A stretch of 64,000 bases of DNA, taken from the NCBI GenBank assembly GCA_964504535.1, contig CAZDED010000005.1:9411-73410 (forward strand), in the 5' to 3' direction. The notes beneath the pieces were generated by a model. That model was not told where the DNA came from. It worked only from the letters and a program-made list of their open reading frames with translations, and made no database searches. Position 1 is the first letter of the stretch. Every line of letters starts with the position of its first letter. This document shows, in pieces, positions 58,021 to 64,000 of this stretch. This DNA comes from an uncultured Gammaproteobacteria bacterium (lineage in GTDB: Bacteria; Patescibacteriota; Microgenomatia; Levybacterales; GWA1-39-11). A program made the translations under genes and the position numbers.

Positions 58021-58539
58021 ATGCCAAGTTCAAAAAATATAACATCACTACAAGACATTAAAGAAAAGGTCGAAAAGGCTCAAGCTATCTTTTTGGTAGA
58101 CTATGCTGGACTTACCCATATCCAACTTGAAGAATTCAGACATGAGTTAGCCTCTTCGAAAGGTGAAATTGCAATTCTCAAAAACACGCTCGTAAATATA
58201 GCTCTTCAGGATAAGAAAATTGATGCTGCTGATAGACTTAAAGGTCCACACGCAGTAATCTTTGCATATGAAGATCCTATCGGTACAGCAAAAGCACTCG
58301 TTGCATTCAATAAAAAATATCAACTCCCAACAATCAAATTCGGAGTCTTTGAGAATTCTATAATTGAAGAAGGAATGGTAACAGCACTTTCAACTATTCC
58401 TCCAAAAGAGGTACTTATCGCAAAACTTTTGGGATTACTCAATTCACCAATCACAAGTCTTGTATACGATCTTAACTACAACATTCAAAAATTAGCACAA
58501 CTATTAAGCGCTATTGAGAAAAAGAAGGCAAGCGCTTAA
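58021..58539 (+). CDS. rplJ: 50S ribosomal protein L10
   Basis: VDYAGLT, LKNTL, LKGP, PPKEVLIAKLLG..NSP. Confidence 0.96.
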   Translation: MPSSKNITSLQDIKEKVEKAQAIFLVDYAGLTHIQLEEFRHELASSKGEIAILKNTLVNIALQDKKIDAADRLKGPHAVIFAYEDPIGTAKALVAFNKKYQLPTIKFGVFENSIIEEGMVTALSTIPPKEVLIAKLLGLLNSPITSLVYDLNYNIQKLAQLLSAIEKKKASA

Positions 58540-58540
58540 G

Positions 58541-58647
58541 AAGCACTAAACACTAATTTCGAAGCACGAAACAAATTCAAAAGTTTCAAACATTATAAAT
58601 TGAGATTTTGGGATTGTTTCGAATTTCGATATTCGGATTTCGAATTT
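58541..58647. repeat. Second copy of the ~100-bp inverted heptamer element
   Basis: aagcact aaacact aatttcg aagcacg aaacaa ... ttgttt cgaattt cgatatt cggattt cgaattt. Confidence 0.85.
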
Positions 58648-58674
58648 AGCAAGAATTGGAGGTGACGACATATT

Positions 58675-59073
58675 ATGGCAAAAATGAAACAAGAAGAACT
58701 ATTAACAGCAATTGAAGAAATGTCAGTTCTAGAACTTTCAGAGCTTGTAAAAGCATTGGAAGAGAAATTCGGCGTAACAGCAGCACAACCCATGATGGCA
58801 GCAGCTCCAGCAGGAGCAGGTGCAGCAAGTGGAGAGGCAGCTGAAGAAGCAGAAGAACAGACGATCTTTAATGTCGTCATTACTGCATCCGGAGCTAACA
58901 AACTAGGCGTTATTAAGACTTTGCGAGAATTAGCCCCAACTTTGGGACTTAAAGAAGCAAAAGACTTAGTTGATGCTGCTCCAAAAGAAGTTTTGATGCA
59001 GGTTAACAAGAAAACAGCAGATGAAGCTAAAGAGAAACTTACCGCCGCAGGCGCAACAGTTGAACTTAAATAG
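58675..59073 (+). CDS. rplL: 50S ribosomal protein L7/L12
   Basis: [37 protein letters not shown]. Confidence 0.98.
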   Translation: MAKMKQEELLTAIEEMSVLELSELVKALEEKFGVTAAQPMMAAAPAGAGAASGEAAEEAEEQTIFNVVITASGANKLGVIKTLRELAPTLGLKEAKDLVDAAPKEVLMQVNKKTADEAKEKLTAAGATVELK

Positions 59074-59118
59074 TTTCTGAAGGTTACTCCTTCAAACGAA
59101 GGAGCAAGCTTCGCTTAC

Positions 59119-59149
59119 AAAAGAACCTCGATTTGATCGGGGTTTTTTT
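59119..59149 (+). terminator. Intrinsic terminator after rplL
   Basis: AACCTCGAT-ttg-ATCGGGGTT + T run. Confidence 0.85.
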
Positions 59150-59201
59150 GTGGCTAAAGATGGCTTTAAATTTAAATAAAGTTTTCTGCTAAAATAAATA
59201 T

Positions 59202-60617
59202 ATGATTACGACAGAATCAGCACAGACTGGTTTACCAGATGAACAAAGAAACTTGGTTCCACCAAGAACAGAGGTAGTAAAAGAGATTTATACAAATTCT
59301 GTATCAAGCGTTGATAGAAAAGTTATTGATGAGAGGATGAAATTTTATGAAACTGGAGACGTTAAGGTATTTGATAGCATACAAAATCTGCGAGAAGAAG
59401 TAGGATCCCTTGATGGTTGGAAGAAAACAAAAGAAAATGCACAAAAAGAAATGTCTGAAGTTCCCGCAGACGTTTTAGAAAGCATACTTGAGAGATTCTC
59501 TCCTTTTATTAAAAATTTGCCTGCCGGACATAGTAAAGGCCATTTCCTTAGAGATACAGTAAATCTTTCAATGGCTTTTCAAGATTCATCACTTGCGGAT
59601 TATGATGCAACAGAAGTTCTCGTTGGATTATTTGGAGCAATGTTTCATGATATAGGTAACTCAGTCGTTGACAGATATCAAGAACAAAAAAGATTTTCGG
59701 GACACGCTGAAGTAGGAGCACACCTTTTTGGGGAAGTGTCAAAAGGTTTGATGGGTGACAATCTTCGAAAGATGGTAATGCTAGCAATTGCAGGACACAC
59801 GCATTACACAAAAGATATTGTCGTAACTAAAGAGGGGGAGTCTAAAACAAAAAAACCATATGATGACGAAGTAGTTGATGGGAACAGAATGGCTTTCTGG
59901 TGGACACGACAGGCGGACCGCCTGGATATTCAAGGCTCTGTTGGCGATATTAGGCACATAATCACAAAGGCTGATCCTACTGAGGATTTTGGAGATGGTC
60001 AGTTCCATCAGGTTTGGGATACACCTGAAAGAGACTTCAAGCACCAATTCAGTCCGGTTTTTAGAACCCCAGAACAAAGAGCTTCGAAAGAAAAACCTGA
60101 ATCTACCAACAATGTTTTGGAGCATTTAAAGATGTTTGCAGATTCAAATTTTAATCCAAACTTGCCCTATGCAAAACATGATAATCCTTTTTATTCAAGA
60201 CTCATAAAGGAAGCAGCTGATGATCAAAGTGAATTTATTTCAGCAGTTGCAGGCGAAAAACCAAATATGTCTCCTCAGGATGCCAATACTGCATTTGAAA
60301 GATTTTTTAAAATGTGCCAAATGATAGAACCTGCCCAGAATACGGGGGAGGCAGTCGAAAAATTGCGCAAGAAGTTCAGCCTTCTAACACCCGACGAGCG
60401 TTCACAGTGGGCAAATGGTTTTAGTGTTTTGACTCAGAGGATTTATCCACGAAGATATGAAAGGTTCAAGGCAATACTTAACTATCCTACACCCGCTAAA
60501 ATTCAAGATAAGAATGAAGCTGCCCGTCAAAAAGTAAGCGATATTATCAATAATCATATGTACCCACTTGCTGCTGAAGTTTGGGAACAATTTAATCCTG
60601 CGAAAATTGCTGCATAA
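59202..60617 (+). CDS. HD-domain phosphohydrolase-like protein
   Basis: GHSKGH, FHDIGN, GHAEVG, GHTH, ADRLD. Confidence 0.8.
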   Translation: MITTESAQTGLPDEQRNLVPPRTEVVKEIYTNSVSSVDRKVIDERMKFYETGDVKVFDSIQNLREEVGSLDGWKKTKENAQKEMSEVPADVLESILERFSPFIKNLPAGHSKGHFLRDTVNLSMAFQDSSLADYDATEVLVGLFGAMFHDIGNSVVDRYQEQKRFSGHAEVGAHLFGEVSKGLMGDNLRKMVMLAIAGHTHYTKDIVVTKEGESKTKKPYDDEVVDGNRMAFWWTRQADRLDIQGSVGDIRHIITKADPTEDFGDGQFHQVWDTPERDFKHQFSPVFRTPEQRASKEKPESTNNVLEHLKMFADSNFNPNLPYAKHDNPFYSRLIKEAADDQSEFISAVAGEKPNMSPQDANTAFERFFKMCQMIEPAQNTGEAVEKLRKKFSLLTPDERSQWANGFSVLTQRIYPRRYERFKAILNYPTPAKIQDKNEAARQKVSDIINNHMYPLAAEVWEQFNPAKIAA

Positions 60618-60685
60618 GTATAATTCTTCATTGTGAGTGCCACGAACATATACTTTTTGACCTTAATTTGTTATAATCCAGAATT

Positions 60686-61306
60686 ATGGTAGAGAGAAAA
60701 TTAATTCCATACGATCCAAATCGTTTACCACCAGAAAAAGCTGATTTACAGATTGATGGTGTAGATTCTGACTTTTCTGGGATAACTGCAAGGAGTGGTT
60801 TTGCTGGAGTTGAGCGTATGATGGTAGAGCGTGATGGGGCAATTCTATTTGACACGATAAAAATTAATCCTTCACCTGGAGTGTTCGTTTTGCCAGTAAG
60901 GATAAATCATCAAAAGCTAGCGGAATACTTGTTGGTTAACGAATGGAAAGATAAGCTCGGAAAAAGGATTACCCAAATCCCCCAGGGAAGAGTTAACAAT
61001 GGAGAGACCGAAACAGAAGCTGCTAAGCGCGAAGTTAGAGAAGAGACCGGCCATGAACCATTCGGGCTTGTATTAGTTGGCAGGCAAGTTTTCGATTCTG
61101 CATACATGTCCAAAGAGCAGCCTTTTTATTTGGCACTGGTTCCTTATGGACAAGAAAGACAGGATTTAGAACTTGAAGGTGGGGAAGACATAGAAAAGCT
61201 TTCTTGGATGAGGCCTGAGGAAGTTAGAAAACTTCCAATAATTGATGGTAAAACAACAATTGGTATAGCCCTTGCTGAAAAAGTTCTAAATCCAAATCTC
61301 CTCTAA
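60686..61306 (+). CDS. NUDIX hydrolase
   Basis: PQGRVNNGETETEAAKREVREETG. Confidence 0.9.
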   Translation: MVERKLIPYDPNRLPPEKADLQIDGVDSDFSGITARSGFAGVERMMVERDGAILFDTIKINPSPGVFVLPVRINHQKLAEYLLVNEWKDKLGKRITQIPQGRVNNGETETEAAKREVREETGHEPFGLVLVGRQVFDSAYMSKEQPFYLALVPYGQERQDLELEGGEDIEKLSWMRPEEVRKLPIIDGKTTIGIALAEKVLNPNLL

Positions 61307-61412
61307 AGTATTCCTTTTTTGAACTGATTCATGTATAATATCTACCTATACCGAATATTATTCTTCGGTTCTATTTTTGCTTAGGGCAACTTTAGATATA
61401 AGAAAAAAAATT

Positions 61413-61655
61413 ATGGCAATGAAATGCGACAACTGTAGTAAGGGAATTATGTATGGGCATAAAGTCAGCCATGCAAAAAACCGCACAAATAGAACCTGGA
61501 AACCAAACCTTCACAATAAAAGAGTTGTGATTGAGGGGCGTGCAATGAATCTAAAACTTTGTGCAAAGTGTATAAGACTTTTCAAAAAAGCAGCACAAGT
61601 TGTAAAAGAACAAAAAGAAGCCTCATCTACAACTCCGGTTGTTGCAACTGCTTAA
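61413..61655 (+). CDS. rpmB: 50S ribosomal protein L28
   Basis: CDNCSKG..GHKVSHAKNRTNRTWKPNL..CAKC. Confidence 0.96.
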   Translation: MAMKCDNCSKGIMYGHKVSHAKNRTNRTWKPNLHNKRVVIEGRAMNLKLCAKCIRLFKKAAQVVKEQKEASSTTPVVATA

Positions 61656-61719
61656 AAGGTATTTAATTTTTACCTCATTTTCTTTATTTTTAACCTAACC
61701 TGTAGTAAAATTGCTGACA

Positions 61720-62874
61720 ATGGAATTTGATATTATTCATGGAGAGCAAGAAACCGATAATTCCAAAACAGCCCGTACAACACTGGGTCAACTTCATCCA
61801 GAAATCCGCGTTAACAACGTATTCGAGCAATCTACGCCCGTTGAAATACAGACAGATGAGATACCAGGCGGAAGGAAATACTCACTGCTAATAGAAGAGC
61901 CCTTGAGGAGTAGTGACCTAAGGAAAATTCTTGAAAGTTCATCAGACCAGAAATATGAACATCAGATTGCAGTTTCGTATTTAAGAGATGATATAGATGA
62001 GTTTGGGGGAAGACAGAAGAGTTATCTGCATGAAATGGGTAGACTTCTGGATATGCATGATGATACAGCTTTTGTAAATGATTTGCTGAGAAGCTTTGAT
62101 TCACACAAAGAAATATGGAGAAATACAGTAGGTTCGCAAGGGTTTGCCCAAGTTCTCATACGCGATTTTGACATTTATAACTCTCCGTATTTTGCCACAG
62201 CTAAATTTGTTGTCGATTATTTATCATCAAAAAGAAGTCCTCTAACAGAAAGTGATCGGATCAATCTAAATAGAAGGATGCTTGTAGAAAGATTCGGTAA
62301 GTTGGCATTACCTCAGCGTTTGACAATAATTGATACAGAGATGTCTCAATTTGGTGATGAACAAGAGGAAGAACAAACCCTAAGAATCAAAGATATAAAA
62401 GGTCTAAATTTTTCAATCGAGCATGAAGGAGAGAAATGGCATCTTACTGGAAAATGGGACGAAATAGTAGGATATTATCCAAAAAATACATATGCAATTA
62501 GAAGAGGCTATGATGCTGCAATCATTAGTCATTCTAGTAATGGTTTTACGATTTCACCGAATTCTGAGTTTCTTGTTCCTGCGATTGCTTGGAAAATTGA
62601 CAGCAATGGAAGAAGTCTAATAATTCCTTCAAGTTTTGGAAAAAATGTTTTGACAAGACATGTAAAAGGAAAGCCTTCCTTATCATTGTCTTATCAACTC
62701 AGCGAGCGTCATAAATCGAATTCAGTTGCTGGTTTGACTGTATTACAGTATGTTTTGGGATATCAAGAAGCTGCCGGTATACCACCAGAGCATATTCCTG
62801 AGATGGCTTTGCTGAGACGGAGAGAGTTATTGCGTAGTGGTTTTATAAAAAAGGCTGAAGACCTGGTTAAATAA
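61720..62874 (+). CDS. Hypothetical protein
   Basis: ~385-aa ORF; TAAAAT shortly before ATG. Confidence 0.7.
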   Translation: MEFDIIHGEQETDNSKTARTTLGQLHPEIRVNNVFEQSTPVEIQTDEIPGGRKYSLLIEEPLRSSDLRKILESSSDQKYEHQIAVSYLRDDIDEFGGRQKSYLHEMGRLLDMHDDTAFVNDLLRSFDSHKEIWRNTVGSQGFAQVLIRDFDIYNSPYFATAKFVVDYLSSKRSPLTESDRINLNRRMLVERFGKLALPQRLTIIDTEMSQFGDEQEEEQTLRIKDIKGLNFSIEHEGEKWHLTGKWDEIVGYYPKNTYAIRRGYDAAIISHSSNGFTISPNSEFLVPAIAWKIDSNGRSLIIPSSFGKNVLTRHVKGKPSLSLSYQLSERHKSNSVAGLTVLQYVLGYQEAAGIPPEHIPEMALLRRRELLRSGFIKKAEDLVK

Positions 62875-63709
62875 GATGAAGATTTTCTAATAATTCTTTT
62901 CCTTTTTCACCAAATCCATTGACAAAGTCTTTATAGTTCATTGGGTTTTTTCCTTCAACTTGAATTCTTCCTTCCGGCAACATTTTTACAATTTTGGTTT
63001 GCCCATTAAGACTTGTTGTGAACCAGACCCCTGGCCAAGGGTAGAAAGCACGTATCATGTTTTGGAGTTGGGAGTTAGAAGTTGGGAGTTTTGAAAGGTC
63101 TATACAGCCATCTTGTTTTGTGATCTTATAGCTCCATGTTTCTTTTGAGTGGTCTTGTGGGGTTTCAGTTATTGTTGTTCCGTTTTCAAGTTTTATGACA
63201 ATCTCCTCAACCATGTTTGCTCCAATTTCAAAAAGAATTGAGAGTAGGTCTTCTGAAGTTTCATTTCCAATCAGATTATACGGCTTTTGAGAAAGGATAG
63301 GGCCATGATCAATTTCGCTATCTAATTTTATAAGAGTTACTCCTGTTATTGTTTCGCCATTAAGAAGAGCATATTGGACGGGGGAGGGGCCTTTGTATTT
63401 TGGAAGGAGAGAGGGATGGATATTTATGATGCCGTTGTCAAAACTATCTATTGTAGATTTTGGAATAAAGGCACCGTAGGATGAGAGAATGGCAACATTA
63501 TGATTTAAGATTTGAGAATTGAAGGTTGAGAGTTCTTTAGCAGTGGAACAGATGAGTATCTTAACACTGTTCTTTTTACAAAAATTAATGAGTTGGGAAT
63601 TTGGATTTTTATCATTCGTGACAACCAGATCCAATCCATGTGGCAAAAGTTTTTCAACGACTGGAATTGTAAAATCGCCACTTCCAAAAAAAACTATTTT
63701 TTGTTGCAT
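62867..63709 (-). CDS. fmt: Methionyl-tRNA formyltransferase
   Basis: VFFGS, INIHPSLLPKYKGPSP, IDHGPIL, IRAFYPWPG. Confidence 0.93.
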   Translation of the reverse strand: MQQKIVFFGSGDFTIPVVEKLLPHGLDLVVTNDKNPNSQLINFCKKNSVKILICSTAKELSTFNSQILNHNVAILSSYGAFIPKSTIDSFDNGIINIHPSLLPKYKGPSPVQYALLNGETITGVTLIKLDSEIDHGPILSQKPYNLIGNETSEDLLSILFEIGANMVEEIVIKLENGTTITETPQDHSKETWSYKITKQDGCIDLSKLPTSNSQLQNMIRAFYPWPGVWFTTSLNGQTKIVKMLPEGRIQVEGKNPMNYKDFVNGFGEKGKELLENLHLI

Positions 63710-63718
63710 ATGGTTATT

Positions 63719-63952
63719 TTAACTTTTTTTGCGTTCTTTTATATAGTCTTGTGCCTTTTTTCCTTCAATTGGGCCAAGCCCTTTATCATTTGAGATGGCT
63801 TTGAGAATGCGTGCTGCAAAACGGAAATATGACCCATTTATATCTTCATGTTTCATAACCAGTCGAGTCCTAGCTGCAAAAAAATGTGCAAAATGTTGGT
63901 TGTAACTATGAGGCCACGTCATAGATCCATCAATATTTACAAATCTGGGCAT
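63719..63952 (-). CDS. Hypothetical protein, start uncertain
   Basis: 77-aa ORF upstream of fmt; TATAAT overlaps the listed ATG. Confidence 0.4.
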   Translation of the reverse strand: MPRFVNIDGSMTWPHSYNQHFAHFFAARTRLVMKHEDINGSYFRFAARILKAISNDKGLGPIEGKKAQDYIKERKKS

Positions 63953-64000
63953 TATACTACCACCCCTGAATTCTTGATAAGAAAGTCCATCGATGGCGCC

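Overview
AT-rich bacterial chromosome segment that looks like Patescibacteria/CPR, probably Microgenomates-like. This is inferred from gene content, extended L1/NusG proteins and pervasive leaderless genes; the genetic code is standard. Housekeeping genes: rpmG, rnhB, uppS, era, class II aldolase, pgk, gdh, secE-nusG-rplK-rplA, galU, argS, ndk, truB, dsbA/dsbB-like, sortase, mreC-mreD-PBP2, dprA, rplJ-rplL, rpmB, fmt. There are four tRNAs (Tyr, Thr, Trp, Arg) and many orphan or decaying genes. The main unexplained structure is six dispersed, visibly GC-rich mini-cassettes with unrelated cargo but one shared architecture: sigma70 promoter, hairpin, rrn-type boxA-like 13-mer 53-75 nt after the -10, structured leader, Shine-Dalgarno, ORF(s), GC-rich terminator. 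Most other genes here are leaderless. Also seen: tRNA genes flanked by degenerate 'shadow' copies with hairpins inserted in their loops (one such locus is next to a GIY-YIG nuclease), a 7-nt-period repeat family found both between genes and in frame inside proteins, and the classical tRNA-rpmG-secE-nusG-rplKAJL cluster scattered over about 52 kb. All calls are by eye; no searches were run.
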